Origin: Chloroflexota bacterium
GTDB taxonomy: Bacteria; Chloroflexota; Dehalococcoidia; Tepidiformales; Tepidiformaceae
DNA length: 64,000 nucleotides
NCBI GenBank assembly: GCA_016191435.1
Contig: JACPOQ010000028.1
Coordinates: 241,155-305,154, forward strand
Direction of reading: 5' to 3'
Shown here: positions 45,256 to 56,097 of the stretch, piece after piece
Numbering within the stretch: position 1 is the stretch's first letter
Layout: every line of letters starts with the position of its first letter
Notes under the pieces: model-generated
Seen by the model: the letters and a program-made list of their open reading frames with translations, nothing else
What the model was told of the DNA's origin: nothing
Databases searched by the model: none
Made by a program: the position numbers and the translations under genes

Positions 45256-46929
45256 TTAGCTGGTGACGGCGCCCTCGGAGGCGCTGGAGACGAGCGTCGC
45301 GTACTTCGCGAATGCCCCGCGGGCATACTTTGCCGGGCGCGGCTGCCAGGCCGCCCTGCGGCGCTCGAACTCGGCGGCATCGATTTCGAGCGTGAGCGCG
45401 CGGGCGGTCACGTCGATGGTGATGGTGTCGCCTTCGCGCACGAGGCCAATGGGGCCGCCGGCGGCTGCCTCGGGGGCCACATGCCCCGCCATCAGGCCAC
45501 GCGTAGCGCCGCTGAAGCGGCCGTCGGTGATGAGCGCCACGGCATCGCCGAGGCCCGCGCCCACGAGCGCCGCGGTCACGCCGAGCATTTCGCGCATGCC
45601 AGGCCCGCCCTTCGGGCCTTCGTTGCGGATGACAACGACCTCACCGGCGTTAATCTGACCGGCAGAGACGGCTTTGAAGGTCTCCTCTTCGGATTCGAAC
45701 ACACGCGCCGGCCCGCTGTGCCGCAGGCGCTCGTGGCCGGCGACCTTGACCACGCAGCCTTCGGGCGCGAGGTTCCCCTTGAGGATGACCAGCCCGCCCG
45801 TGGCCTTGAGGGCCTGGTCCACCGGCAGGATGACGTCCTGGCCGGGCGCTTCGCGGGCGAGCGCCGCCTCTTCCGCGATCGTCCGGCCACTGACGGTGAT
45901 GGCGTTGGCGTGCAGTTTCCCGGCATCGACCAGGCGTTGCGCGAGGAGCGGCGTCCCGCCCGCGCGGTCCATGTCCAACGCCACGTAGCGGCCGCCGGGC
46001 CGGAGGTCGCCGATCAGCGGGGTCTGCTCGCTAACGCGGTCAAAGTCGTCGATGTTCAGCGGGACGCCCGCCTCGCGCGCGATGGCGAGCAGGTGGAGCA
46101 CGACGTTCGTGGAGCCACCGGTCGAAGCTGCGCAGGCAATGCCGTTTTCGAACGCCTCGCGGGTGAGGATGTCGCGCGGCCGGAGGTCGCGGCGGAGGAC
46201 ATCCATGACGAGCTCGCCGGCGCGATAGGCGGCGTCGTCCTTGCGCGGGTCGGTGGCGCCAATAGTGGTGGTGCCCATCGCCGAGAGGCCGAGAAAGTCC
46301 ATCACCGTCGCCATTGTGTTCGCGGTGTACTGCGCTCCGCAGGCGCCCGCGCCGGGGCAGGCGGCGTCTTCAATAGCCACGAGCTCCTGTTCGGTGATGG
46401 TCTTCGCGGCCACCTGGCCAACGCCCTCGAACACGTCCTGGATGGTGATGTCCCGGCCTTTGTACTTGCCCGGGGCGATGGATCCGCCGTACAGCACGAC
46501 GGTGGGGATGTTGAGCCGCGCCGCCGCCATCGCGGCCGCGGGGATCGTCTTGTCACAGCCCACGATGATGACCATCGCATCGAATGAGTACCCGATGGCG
46601 CACAGCTCGATGGAATCGGCGATGAGCTCGCGGCTGATCAGCGACGCCTTCATGCCTTCGGTGCCCATGGAGATGCCATCGCTGATGGAGATCGTATTGA
46701 CCTCCATCGGCGTACCACCCGCCGCCCGCACCCCGGCCATGACGCGCTGCGCGAGCTCGCGCTGGTTGAAGTTGCAGGGCATCGTGCCAATCCACTCATG
46801 CGCCACCATCACCAGCGGCCGGCGCAGGTCGTCGCTATCGAAGCCCACCGACTTGAAGTAGGAGCGGGCGGGGGCGCGGTCCGGTCCATCGACGAGGATG
46901 CGGCTCCGGGCGCGGGGGTCGCTGGGCAT
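45256..46929 (-). CDS. ilvD: Dihydroxy-acid dehydratase
   Basis: ISDGISMGTEGM, VGCDKTIPAA, PGAGACGAQYTANTM. ATG 46929. Confidence 0.95.
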   Translation of the reverse strand: MPSDPRARSRILVDGPDRAPARSYFKSVGFDSDDLRRPLVMVAHEWIGTMPCNFNQRELAQRVMAGVRAAGGTPMEVNTISISDGISMGTEGMKASLISRELIADSIELCAIGYSFDAMVIIVGCDKTIPAAAMAAARLNIPTVVLYGGSIAPGKYKGRDITIQDVFEGVGQVAAKTITEQELVAIEDAACPGAGACGAQYTANTMATVMDFLGLSAMGTTTIGATDPRKDDAAYRAGELVMDVLRRDLRPRDILTREAFENGIACAASTGGSTNVVLHLLAIAREAGVPLNIDDFDRVSEQTPLIGDLRPGGRYVALDMDRAGGTPLLAQRLVDAGKLHANAITVSGRTIAEEAALAREAPGQDVILPVDQALKATGGLVILKGNLAPEGCVVKVAGHERLRHSGPARVFESEEETFKAVSAGQINAGEVVVIRNEGPKGGPGMREMLGVTAALVGAGLGDAVALITDGRFSGATRGLMAGHVAPEAAAGGPIGLVREGDTITIDVTARALTLEIDAAEFERRRAAWQPRPAKYARGAFAKYATLVSSASEGAVTS

Positions 46930-47088
46930 GTGCTGTCTCCAGTGGTTGCAGTGGTGCAAGCTTAGCGCCCCGCTTGCGATGGTTCGAACATCGGCGCCGG
47001 CCGATTGACGCGTTCCCGCGCCCGCGCCTACGATGCGCCGCCGTCTCACCGCGCCAGGACGTGTGAATTGGCGGAGAAAGGGATCATA

Positions 47089-47355
47089 GTGAGAGGGATT
47101 CGCGGACTGATTGCTCGGGTGCTGGCGGAAAGCGAGCACGAAGACGGACACGGCGTGCCTCTTCTGGGCGCGCTGATAGCGGGCATCGGCACGATCGCGC
47201 TGGGGATCGGCGCGGCCAACGATACCGGCTGGCTATCGGTCACCGGCGGGATTGTCGCATTCGTTGGGACCGTTGCGATGCTGGTGCTCAGCCACCTGAC
47301 CATCGATTACGACATCTACCGGCGCATCGAGACTCTGGAAGGCAAGAACAAGTAG
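47089..47355 (+). CDS. Small hypothetical membrane protein (88 aa)
   Basis: GTG preceded by GGAGAAAGGG. Two TM helices (LLGALIAGIGTIALGIGAA, GGIVAFVGTVAMLVL). Confidence 0.45.
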   Translation: MRGIRGLIARVLAESEHEDGHGVPLLGALIAGIGTIALGIGAANDTGWLSVTGGIVAFVGTVAMLVLSHLTIDYDIYRRIETLEGKNK

Positions 47356-47359
47356 TGCG

Positions 47360-47929
47360 CTATTCGAAGATCGTCGAGACCAGGAGCTCAAAGCCAGGTT
47401 GCGCGAAGCCGGCATCGTCGCTCGTCAGTACGTCGCCCGAGGCGTACGTGTGGGCGTCGCCGCCGGGGCGGTGGACGGTCACCGTTTCCTGCTCCGGGCG
47501 CACGATCCAGACACGCGGCGTGCTCGCCTCGAGGTACTGCCCCAGCTTCTTGTTCATTTCGGCGTCGGTGTCATCCGGTGATACCACCTCGACGGCGAGA
47601 TCCGGGCAACCTGGGAAGAAGGCGCTCGGCATACGCCCGTCCGTCAGTCGCTCGGCGCGCACGAAGTGGACGTCGGGCGCGCGGACGGTATCGGGATCCC
47701 GCGACAGCCGGAATCCAACTTCGACCCCTGTTCGTCCGAGACGGTGTGCGTGCACGAAAGCTCGCAGCGCGGCGCCAATCGCCAGCGCAGTATCACCATG
47801 CGGTCCGCCCGCGGGCATGTGTGTCACGACCTCCCCTCGGATCAACTCCATCTTTCCGCCCTCAGGCGGGTCGGGGAGCGCGTAGAACTCGTCTGCGGTC
47901 AGCAGCTTTGTCGCGTGCGGCGCGGTCAT
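47360..47929 (-). CDS. Uma2-family (DUF820) PD-(D/E)XK endonuclease-like protein, copy 1
   Basis: LTADEFYALPDPPEGGKMELIRGEV, APDVHFV, PDLAVEVVSP. Confidence 0.85.
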   Translation of the reverse strand: MTAPHATKLLTADEFYALPDPPEGGKMELIRGEVVTHMPAGGPHGDTALAIGAALRAFVHAHRLGRTGVEVGFRLSRDPDTVRAPDVHFVRAERLTDGRMPSAFFPGCPDLAVEVVSPDDTDAEMNKKLGQYLEASTPRVWIVRPEQETVTVHRPGGDAHTYASGDVLTSDDAGFAQPGFELLVSTIFE

Positions 47930-47969
47930 GGTTCGAGCATACCAGCCGTCTCACCCAATGCGCGGTAAT

Positions 47970-48539
47970 TCATTCGAAGATCGTCGAGACCAGGAGCTCG
48001 AAGCCAGGCTCCCCGAAGCCGGCATCGTCGCTCGTCAGCGCGTCGCCCGAAGCATACGTATGGGCGTCGCCGCCCTGGCGGTGGACCGTCACCGTTTCCT
48101 GCTCCGGACGCACGATCCAGACGCGCGGCGTGCCCGCATCGACGTATTGTTTGAGCTTCTTGTTGATTTCGGCGTCGGTCTCATCCGGTGAGACCACCTC
48201 GACGGCGAGGTCCGGGCAGCCTGGGAAGAAGGCTCTCGGCATGCGCCCGTCGGTCAGTCGCTCGGCGCGCACAAAATGGACGTCGGGCGCGCGGACGGTG
48301 TCCGGCTCGCGCGAAAGGCGGAACCCAACCTCGACGCCCGCATCCCCAAGCCGCTTGTCATCCACAAAAGCAAGGAGGCGTGAACCTACCCTGAGTGCAA
48401 TTCGGCCATGCGGTCCGCCCACGGGCATGTGTGTCACGACCTCCCCTCGGATCAACTCCATCTTTCCGCCCTCAGGCGGGTCGGGGAGCGCGTAGAACTC
48501 GTCTGCGGTCAGCAGCTTTGTCCCGTGCGGCGCGGTCAT
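47970..48539 (-). CDS. Uma2-family (DUF820) PD-(D/E)XK endonuclease-like protein, copy 2
   Basis: Same motifs as copy 1. About 86 percent aa identity by my hand count. ATG 48539 is equivalent to the copy 1 start. Confidence 0.85.
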   Translation of the reverse strand: MTAPHGTKLLTADEFYALPDPPEGGKMELIRGEVVTHMPVGGPHGRIALRVGSRLLAFVDDKRLGDAGVEVGFRLSREPDTVRAPDVHFVRAERLTDGRMPRAFFPGCPDLAVEVVSPDETDAEINKKLKQYVDAGTPRVWIVRPEQETVTVHRQGGDAHTYASGDALTSDDAGFGEPGFELLVSTIFE

Positions 48540-48564
48540 GGTTCCAGCATACAAGGCGGGGCGT

Positions 48565-49800
48565 TCACTTGGGCGCGTTCCGCGAGGCGATTTCGGCCAT
48601 CGCCTCGCCGAGCCGGTGCACGCCCTCTTCGATGTCCTCCATCGGCACGTAGCTGAAGGCGAGCCGGAGATGGTTCGTGGCCCGGCCGTCGGCGAAGAAC
48701 TGCGGGCCTTGCCCGACGATCACGCCCTTTTCGTTCGCGAGCAGTTGGACTTCGCGCGCGCTGATGTCCGGGCGCAGAAGCAGCCAGAGGAAGAAGCCAC
48801 CCTGGGGCCGCGTGTACGTGCAGTAATCGGTGCAATACCGGCGAAGGCCATCCTCGACGCGTTCGAGTTTGCGTTTGTAAATGCCGCGCAGGTTGACGAT
48901 GTGACGGTCCATGTCACCGTTGCGGATCGCTTCGCCGATCATCCGGCCGAGGAACGAACTCGAACCCATGTCGAAGCGGACGGCAGACATGCGGCTGATG
49001 AGCGATGCCGGCCCCATGGACCACCCCATGCGCAGCCCCGTCGCGAGTACCTTCGAGAAGCTGGAAATCTTGACGCCATGGTCGCCGCCGCTGAGGGCGA
49101 AAAGCGACGGAGGCGGCGGCGCATCAAACCAGAGTTCACCATACGCGTCGTCCTCGAGGATCAGCGTGTTGTACTGGCGCGCCAGTTCGACCATCCGCTC
49201 CCGCCGATCGATCGGCAGCGTGCAGCCCGCGGGGTTCTGGTGCGTGGGGATGCAGTAGATGAACTTGGCGCGCTTGCCCTGGTCGGCCAGCTTTTCGAGC
49301 TCCTGCTCGAGCAGGTCCACGCGCAGGCCGACGTCGTCCATCGGGACTGCGACCTGTTCGGCCCCGAACGAGCGGATGGTGCGCATGCTGCCCGGGAAGT
49401 TCGGACTTTCGACGAGCACAATGTCGCCGGGGTCCAGCAGCGTTTCGCACATGATGCCGATGCCATGGGCGGAGCCAGAGACCACCATCACCTGCTCGGG
49501 CGTCACGGGGATGCCCTCGAGCCTGGAGGAGCGCTCGGCGAGTGCCTGGCGTAGCGGCCAGGCGCCGAAGGTGCCGTTGTACTGGAGTGCCTCCTTCTGG
49601 TCGTTATCGATGACCCAGCGCGCGGCTTTCACGAGGAGCTCGCCGGGGAGCGAGGGGATGTCCGGGAGCCCGCCGGCAAAGGAAATCACCGGGCGTGGGT
49701 CGGGCGCCGCCGCGGCCCAGACGGTTGGGCCAAGGATCTTCGCGCGCTGGCTGACGATCTCTTCGAGATGCCCCGGGTCCCAGTACGGCTGCTCAGTCAT
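48565..49800 (-). CDS. PLP-dependent aminotransferase, class I/II (2-aminoadipate/aromatic aminotransferase-like)
   Basis: IPTHQNPAG, SSFSKVLATGLRMGW (PLP lysine), LRLAFS. Confidence 0.88.
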   Translation of the reverse strand: MTEQPYWDPGHLEEIVSQRAKILGPTVWAAAAPDPRPVISFAGGLPDIPSLPGELLVKAARWVIDNDQKEALQYNGTFGAWPLRQALAERSSRLEGIPVTPEQVMVVSGSAHGIGIMCETLLDPGDIVLVESPNFPGSMRTIRSFGAEQVAVPMDDVGLRVDLLEQELEKLADQGKRAKFIYCIPTHQNPAGCTLPIDRRERMVELARQYNTLILEDDAYGELWFDAPPPPSLFALSGGDHGVKISSFSKVLATGLRMGWSMGPASLISRMSAVRFDMGSSSFLGRMIGEAIRNGDMDRHIVNLRGIYKRKLERVEDGLRRYCTDYCTYTRPQGGFFLWLLLRPDISAREVQLLANEKGVIVGQGPQFFADGRATNHLRLAFSYVPMEDIEEGVHRLGEAMAEIASRNAPK

Positions 49801-50080
49801 GCTCCGCCTCCGATATGAGGATGTTGTAGCACGAGTATACGGGGCGACGGCGCGGCCGATAGGCGCCGGGAATCACGGTGATTGGAGTTAACGCTCTGGA
49901 TACGAAAGGCTCGACGAACTAGTTGACCGCACTGTTATACTGGTGGCTCACCAAGCCGCATCCGTCACTTTGGGAATGTTTTCACAAATGGCGTCCCGGG
50001 GCATCCCGGTCTCGCGCTAGCTTCGCACATTCCCGAAAATCGGGAGGCGTCTCGGCAGTTCCGCATGGATTGAGGGGACG

Positions 50081-53000
50081 ATGGTCCATACCGCGCTGCC
50101 CGGGCCGCAGGGCCTTTACGACCCGCGACATGAACACGACAGCTGTGGCGTGGGCTTCGTGGTGCACCTCAAGGCGCACCGTTCCCACCAGATAGTCTCG
50201 GATGGCCTGACGGCGCTGGAAAACCTGAACCATCGCGGCGCATGCGGCTGCGAAGTGAACACCGGCGATGGCGCCGGCATCCTCATCCAGATCCCCCACG
50301 AATTCTTCCGCCGCGAGACGGCAGCGCTTGGCATCCGGCTCCCGGAAGCGGGCAAGTACGGCGTTGGGCTCTTTTTCGCCTCGCCTGAGCCGCGCAGCCG
50401 GGCACAGGCGATGGCGCTATTCACCGCAATCGTCGAAGAAGAGGGCCAACACCTGCTGGGATGGCGCGCAGTGCCGACCAACAACGCGGACGTTGGCGCC
50501 AGCGCGGTGGCCGTCGAGCCCGCGATGCTCCACGTCTTCGTCGGATGCGGCCCCGATGTTGCCGATGAGAACGCCTTTGAGCGCAAGCTCTATGTCATCC
50601 GCAAGCGCTTCGAGAAGGCCGTCCTGCGCTGGGGGATCCGCGACCACGAGTACTTCTACTTCCCGAGCCTGTCCTGCCGCACGCTCGTCTACAAGGGGAT
50701 GCTTACCGCCACCCAGCTGCGGCACTACTTCCCGGACCTGAGCGACCCGCGTCTCATTAGCGCCCTCGCGATGTTCCATTCGCGCTTCAGCACGAACACG
50801 TTCCCGAGCTGGCGGCTCGCGCACCCCTACCGGATGATTTCCCACAACGGCGAGATCAATACGCTCCGTGGAAACATCAACTGGATGACCGCCCGCGAGG
50901 CACTGTTCGACTCGCCGTACTTCGACGACATCCACAAGATCCTGCCCGTCATCGATGAGCACGGCAGCGATACCGCCTGCCTCGATCAGGCCCTCGAGCT
51001 GCTGGTGCTGGCCGGCCGGCCGCTGCCCCACGCGATGATGATGCTCATCCCCGAGGCCTGGAGCGGCCACGAATCGATGAACGCCGAGAAGAAGGCGTTC
51101 TACGAATACCACAGCTGCCTGATGGAACCATGGGATGGCCCCGCGTCCGTCGCCTTCACCGATGGGAAGAACATCGGCGCCGTGCTGGACCGCAATGGCC
51201 TCCGCCCTTCCCGCTACTACGTGACCAAAGACGACATCGTCGTGATGGCGTCCGAGGTTGGCGTGCTGCCCATCGCGCCAGAACGGGTGCTGGTGAAAGG
51301 CCGGCTCCAGCCCGGGAAGATGTTCCTCGTCAGCCTCGAAGAGGGCCGCATTATCGACGACACCGAGCTCAAGGCGAAGCTCGCCAACGAGCGGCCGTAC
51401 GCCGACTGGCTGAAGAAAAACCTGCTGCCGCTCGACGACATCCAGGAAGCGGAGATGCCGCCGGCGCTCGATGGCGACGATCTGCTGCACCAGCAGTTGG
51501 CGTTCGGCTACACGCTGGAGGACCTCAAGTACATCCTCGGCCCAATGGTGAAGAACTCCGAAGAGGCGCTCGGGTCGATGGGCACCGACACGCCGCTAGC
51601 GGTGCTTTCGGACCGGCCGCAGCCGCTGTTCAACTACTTCCAGCAACTCTTCGCACAGGTCACAAACCCGCCGCTCGATGCGATCCGCGAGGAGCTCGTG
51701 ACATCCGTCAAGACGGTCATCGGGCCGGAGGGCAACCTCCTCGACCCCGAGCCCGAGAGCTGTCACCTGGTCAGCCTCGACAGTCCGTTCATCGATAACC
51801 AGCAACTCGCAAAATTCAAGACGTTGAAGGACTCGGCGCTGCGCGCGACCGTGCTGCCGATGCTGTTCCCCGCAAAGGCCGGCCCCGCCGGCCTGGCGCC
51901 CGCCATGGATGCGCTCTTCACACAGGCCGACCACGCCATCGGCCGCGGCGCGAAGGTCCTCATCCTCTCCGACCGCGGCGTCGATGCCGAGCACGCGCCG
52001 ATCCCATCGCTGCTGGCGGTCGCCGGGCTGCACAACCACCTTGTGCGCACGAAGAAGCGCACACAGGTCGGGCTCATCGTCGAGACCGGCGACGCTCGCG
52101 AGGTGCACCATTTCGCGCTGCTCATCGGCTATGGTGCGGGCGCAATCAACCCCTACCTGGCCCTCGATTCGCTACGGGGCCTGAAGGCCGAAGGGTATCT
52201 CGACACCGAGTTGGACCCCGGCGAGGCGGCGAAACACTACCTCAAAGCGATCAAGAAGGGTGTCGTCAAGGTGATGTCCAAGATGGGCATCTCGACCATC
52301 CAGAGCTATCGCGGCGCGCAGATCTTCGAGGCCATCGGGCTCGCCGATTCGCTCATCGACACCTACTTCACGAAGACCGTGTCGCGCATCGGCGGCATCG
52401 GCATCGACGAGGTGGGCGTGGAAGCGATGGCGCACCACGAACGCGCATTCCCGGCACGCGAAGGCGGGCTCAAGGAACTGGACTTCGGTGGCCAGTACCA
52501 ATGGCGGCGCGACGGCGAGCATCATCTGTTCAACCCGGATACGGTCTTCCGGCTGCAACACGCCACGCAAACCGGGCGCGAAGATATTTTCCGCGAGTAC
52601 ACGAAGCTGGTGGACGACCAGAGTGAGCGCATGGCGACGCTGCGCGGGCTCTTCGAGTTCAAGTCCGACCGCGCCCCCGTCCCGCTCGAGGAAGTGGAGC
52701 CCGCCGAGTCGCTGTTCAAGCGCTTCGCGACGGGCGCCATGTCCTACGGCTCCATCTCAGCGGAGGCGCACGAGACGCTGGCCATCGCCATGAACCGCAT
52801 CGGCGGCAAGAGCAATACGGGCGAAGGCGGCGAAGACCGCCGCCGCTACGTCCCCGATGCAAACGGCGACTTGCGCCGGAGCGCGATCAAGCAGGTCGCC
52901 TCCGGGCGCTTCGGCGTGACCAGCGAATACCTGGTGAACGCCGATGAGTTGCAGATCAAGATGGCGCAGGGGGCGAAGCCCGGCGAGGGCGGCCAGCTCC

Positions 53001-54652
53001 CGGGCCACAAGGTCTACCCCTGGATCGCGGATGTGCGCCATGCGATGCCCGGTGTTGGGCTCATCAGCCCGCCCCCGCACCACGACATTTACTCGATCGA
53101 GGACCTCGCCCAGCTCATCCACGACCTCAAGAATTCGAACTCGCGAGCACGCATCAGCGTGAAGCTCGTTGCCGAAGTCGGCGTCGGGACGGTCGCGGCC
53201 GGCGTCGCGAAGGCGAAGTCGGACGTGGTGCTCATCAGCGGGCACGATGGCGGCACGGGCGCAAGCCCGCTAACGTCGCTCAAGCACGCCGGCATCCCCT
53301 GGGAGCTGGGGCTGGCCGAGACGCAGCAGACGCTGGTCATGAACCGCTTGCGCGACCGCATCGTCGTACAGGTCGATGGGCAGCTGAAGACGGGTCGCGA
53401 CGTGGTCATCGGGGCGATGCTCGGCGCCGAAGAGTTCGGGTTCGCCACCGCGCCGTTGGTAGTGATGGGCTGCGTCATGATGCGTGTTTGCCACCTCGAC
53501 ACCTGCCCGGTCGGCATCGCCACGCAGAACCCGAAGCTTCGGGAAAAGTTCGTGGGCCGGGTGGAGCACGTCGTGAACTTCTTCCGCTTTCTTGCCGAGG
53601 AAGTGCGCGAGCTAATGGCGCAGCTCGGTTTCCGCACGTTCGAAGAGATGGTGGGCCGCAGCGACCTGCTGGATATGCGCCGTGCCGTGGACCACTGGAA
53701 GGCGCAGGGCCTCGACCTCTCAGCGATCCTCTACCGCCCGGATGTGGCCGAAGACGTCGCGACCCACTGCATCATCGAGCAGGACCACGGGCTCGATAAG
53801 GCACTCGACCACGAGCTCCTGCCGATGGTGGCGCCGGCCCTCGAAGGCGGCGTGCCGGTGAAGCTGGAGATGCCCATTCGTAATGTGAACCGCACCGTTG
53901 GCACGATTGTCGGCAGCGCAATTTCGCGCAAGTACGGATTCGGCGGCCTCCCCGATGACACGATCGACATCACCTTCCGTGGGTCTGCCGGCCAGAGCTT
54001 CGGAGCGTTCATCCCGGCGGGCATGACCTTGCGGCTCGAAGGCGACGCCAACGACTACATCGGCAAGGGGCTCTCCGGCGGCAAGATCATCGTCTACCCC
54101 CCGAAGGACGCGACCTTCGTCCCCGAAGTGAACATCCTCATCGGCAACGTGGCGCTCTATGGCGCGACGAGCGGCGCGGCCTTTGTCCGTGGCGTGGCCG
54201 GGGAGCGGTTCGCCGTCCGTAACAGCGGCGCCGTCGCAGTGGTTGAGGGCACCGGCGACCATTGCTGCGAATACATGACCGGCGGCCGCATCGTGGTCAT
54301 CGGGCGGACGGGCCGGAACTTCGGCGCGGGCATGAGCGGCGGCATCGCCTACGTCTACGACGAGGACGGCACGTTCGCGAACCACTGCAACATGGAGATG
54401 GTCTCGCTGGAGCGGTTGGATGAGCCCGAAGACCTGGAGCTGGTGCAGGGGCTCCTCAAGCGCCATCGCGAATACACCGGAAGCACCGTCGCCGCCGACC
54501 TGCTGGTCGATTGGCCCGCCGCGGCGGCGCGTTTCGTGAAGGTGTTCCCGAACGAATACCGCCGGGTGCTCCGCGAGCAGCAACTCGCCCGGCCCGAGGC
54601 CCGCGAAGCCCAGACCCGCCCCGGCGATGCGGTCGGAGCGGCCCGTGGCTAA
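50081..54652 (+). CDS. gltB: Glutamate synthase large subunit
   Basis: [16 protein letters not shown] (Ntn Cys), FMN and GXGXG C-terminal domains. 1523 aa. Confidence 0.97.
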   Translation: MVHTALPGPQGLYDPRHEHDSCGVGFVVHLKAHRSHQIVSDGLTALENLNHRGACGCEVNTGDGAGILIQIPHEFFRRETAALGIRLPEAGKYGVGLFFASPEPRSRAQAMALFTAIVEEEGQHLLGWRAVPTNNADVGASAVAVEPAMLHVFVGCGPDVADENAFERKLYVIRKRFEKAVLRWGIRDHEYFYFPSLSCRTLVYKGMLTATQLRHYFPDLSDPRLISALAMFHSRFSTNTFPSWRLAHPYRMISHNGEINTLRGNINWMTAREALFDSPYFDDIHKILPVIDEHGSDTACLDQALELLVLAGRPLPHAMMMLIPEAWSGHESMNAEKKAFYEYHSCLMEPWDGPASVAFTDGKNIGAVLDRNGLRPSRYYVTKDDIVVMASEVGVLPIAPERVLVKGRLQPGKMFLVSLEEGRIIDDTELKAKLANERPYADWLKKNLLPLDDIQEAEMPPALDGDDLLHQQLAFGYTLEDLKYILGPMVKNSEEALGSMGTDTPLAVLSDRPQPLFNYFQQLFAQVTNPPLDAIREELVTSVKTVIGPEGNLLDPEPESCHLVSLDSPFIDNQQLAKFKTLKDSALRATVLPMLFPAKAGPAGLAPAMDALFTQADHAIGRGAKVLILSDRGVDAEHAPIPSLLAVAGLHNHLVRTKKRTQVGLIVETGDAREVHHFALLIGYGAGAINPYLALDSLRGLKAEGYLDTELDPGEAAKHYLKAIKKGVVKVMSKMGISTIQSYRGAQIFEAIGLADSLIDTYFTKTVSRIGGIGIDEVGVEAMAHHERAFPAREGGLKELDFGGQYQWRRDGEHHLFNPDTVFRLQHATQTGREDIFREYTKLVDDQSERMATLRGLFEFKSDRAPVPLEEVEPAESLFKRFATGAMSYGSISAEAHETLAIAMNRIGGKSNTGEGGEDRRRYVPDANGDLRRSAIKQVASGRFGVTSEYLVNADELQIKMAQGAKPGEGGQLPGHKVYPWIADVRHAMPGVGLISPPPHHDIYSIEDLAQLIHDLKNSNSRARISVKLVAEVGVGTVAAGVAKAKSDVVLISGHDGGTGASPLTSLKHAGIPWELGLAETQQTLVMNRLRDRIVVQVDGQLKTGRDVVIGAMLGAEEFGFATAPLVVMGCVMMRVCHLDTCPVGIATQNPKLREKFVGRVEHVVNFFRFLAEEVRELMAQLGFRTFEEMVGRSDLLDMRRAVDHWKAQGLDLSAILYRPDVAEDVATHCIIEQDHGLDKALDHELLPMVAPALEGGVPVKLEMPIRNVNRTVGTIVGSAISRKYGFGGLPDDTIDITFRGSAGQSFGAFIPAGMTLRLEGDANDYIGKGLSGGKIIVYPPKDATFVPEVNILIGNVALYGATSGAAFVRGVAGERFAVRNSGAVAVVEGTGDHCCEYMTGGRIVVIGRTGRNFGAGMSGGIAYVYDEDGTFANHCNMEMVSLERLDEPEDLELVQGLLKRHREYTGSTVAADLLVDWPAAAARFVKVFPNEYRRVLREQQLARPEAREAQTRPGDAVGAARG

Positions 54653-56087
54653 GCCGACCGGGTTTATGGAGTTCAACCGCCAGTCCCCGGCGCGACGGCC
54701 GGTGCCCGAGCGCGTGCACGACTGGCTCGAAGTGTATGAAGACTTCCCGCGCGAGAGGCTGAATGAGCAGGCAGCGCGCTGCATGGATTGCGGCATCCCG
54801 TTCTGCCACCAGGGTTGCCCCCTCGGCAACATCATCCCTGACTGGAACGACCTCGTGTACCGGGATCGCTGGCACGAAGCGATCGACCGGCTGCACGCGA
54901 CAAACAACTTCCCGGAGTTCACCGGGCGGCTCTGTCCGGCGCCCTGCGAGGCCGCGTGCGTGCTCGGGATCAACAACGACGCGGTGACCATCAAGCAGGT
55001 CGAGTTGACGATCATCGAGCGGGCCTGGGAGGAAGGCTGGGTGGCGCCGCAACCCCCGGCGGCGCGGACCGGGAAAACGGTCGCGGTCATCGGCTCTGGG
55101 CCGGCGGGACTCGCCTGTGCGCAACAGCTCGCCCGTGCCGGTCACGCCGTCACGCTCTTCGAGCGCGACGACCGCATTGGCGGGCTTCTGAGGTACGGCA
55201 TCCCGGACTTCAAGATGGAGAAGCGCTTCCTCGATCGGCGGCTCGCGCAGATGGAGGCCGAGGGCGTGACCTTCCGGGCGGGCGTCAACATCGGCGTGGA
55301 TCTCGACATCCGCGAGCTGCAAACGCAGTTCGACGCGCTCTGCCTCGCTGGCGGCGCCACGGCCGCGCGCGACCTGGACGTGCCAGGCCGCGACCTGCAG
55401 GGCGTCTACTACGCGATGCAGTACCTGCCGATGCAAAACAAGCGCAACGCTGGCGACGAGATCCCGGATTCGGCCTTCATCAGTGCGAAGGGCAAGCGCG
55501 TCATCATCCTCGGCGGCGGCGATACTGGCGCCGACTGCCTCGGGACGGCGCACCGCCAGGGCGCCAGCGAGGTCCTGCAGTACGAGCTCCTCCCGCGGCC
55601 CCCGGCCACCCGGCCACCGGCCAACCCCTGGCCGACATGGCCGAACATCTACCGCGTCTCGGCCGCGCACGAAGAGGGCGGAGTCCGCGATTACAGCATC
55701 ATGACCAAACACCTGTCGGGCGAAAACGGTGTCCTGAAGAAGCTGCACGCGGTGCGGGTCGATTTCGTGAACGAAGGCGGCCGGCAAGTGATGAAGGAAG
55801 TCGAAGGCTCGGAGTTCGAAGTCGAGGTCGACTTGCTCCTGCTGGCGATGGGCTTCCTTGGCCCGGAGAAGCCGGGAATGCTGTCGCAGCTTGGCGTCGA
55901 ACTCACGGAACGCGGGAACGTGAAGGCCGATGAGAGCAAGATGACCTCGGTGCCCGGCGTGTTTACGGCGGGGGACATGACGCGCGGCCAGTCGCTCATC
56001 GTCTGGGCGATCGCCGAAGGCCGGCAGGCGGCGCGCGGCATCGACCGCTACCTCATGGGCGAGACGGCGCTCCCCGATACTTGCTGA
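54645..56087 (+). CDS. gltD: Glutamate synthase small subunit (NADPH)
   Basis: GTG gives [40 protein letters not shown] 54627 is an alternative. Confidence 0.95.
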   Translation: MAKPTGFMEFNRQSPARRPVPERVHDWLEVYEDFPRERLNEQAARCMDCGIPFCHQGCPLGNIIPDWNDLVYRDRWHEAIDRLHATNNFPEFTGRLCPAPCEAACVLGINNDAVTIKQVELTIIERAWEEGWVAPQPPAARTGKTVAVIGSGPAGLACAQQLARAGHAVTLFERDDRIGGLLRYGIPDFKMEKRFLDRRLAQMEAEGVTFRAGVNIGVDLDIRELQTQFDALCLAGGATAARDLDVPGRDLQGVYYAMQYLPMQNKRNAGDEIPDSAFISAKGKRVIILGGGDTGADCLGTAHRQGASEVLQYELLPRPPATRPPANPWPTWPNIYRVSAAHEEGGVRDYSIMTKHLSGENGVLKKLHAVRVDFVNEGGRQVMKEVEGSEFEVEVDLLLLAMGFLGPEKPGMLSQLGVELTERGNVKADESKMTSVPGVFTAGDMTRGQSLIVWAIAEGRQAARGIDRYLMGETALPDTC

Positions 56088-56097
56088 AATTCACGGC

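Larger units (their letters stand above)
47356..48560. repeat. Tandem direct duplication (about 610-bp unit) carrying the two Uma2 genes
   Basis: Units align end to end, including about 12 nt upstream of each ATG (catggttcgagcata / catggttccagcata). Confidence 0.9.

Noticed and set aside
45238-46587. 449-aa plus-strand ORF. The same situation applies to 38008-39015, 39016-40218, 40918-41895, 48538-49554, 50417-51490, 53720-55787, 58987-60201 and 61300-62592.
   Set aside because: All are antisense or out of frame to genes with strong family signatures (ilvD, argD, nitrilase, dapF, aminotransferase, gltB/gltD, histidine kinase, aldolase). All have Arg/Gly/Asp-rich low-information products.
47930-47945. 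GGTTCGAGCA, a tRNA T-loop-like string
   Set aside because: No acceptor or anticodon stems can be drawn around it. The string is simply the duplicated upstream region of the Uma2 genes (the second copy reads GGTTCCAGCA).
47356-48560. Uma2 tandem as an insertion sequence or mobile element
   Set aside because: No transposase or integrase, no terminal inverted repeats and no target duplication are visible. It is a plain tandem gene duplication.
49923-49941. TTGACC plus TATACT as a complete sigma-70 promoter for gltB
   Set aside because: The two hexamers are only 7 nt apart, and no good -35 sits 16-18 nt upstream of TATACT. Only the -10-like element is kept, as a hint within a finding.
49972-50044. 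Glutamine riboswitch upstream of gltB
   Set aside because: I cannot recognise the glnA-RNA or any other known class in this sequence from memory, so I kept it only as an unclassified candidate structure.
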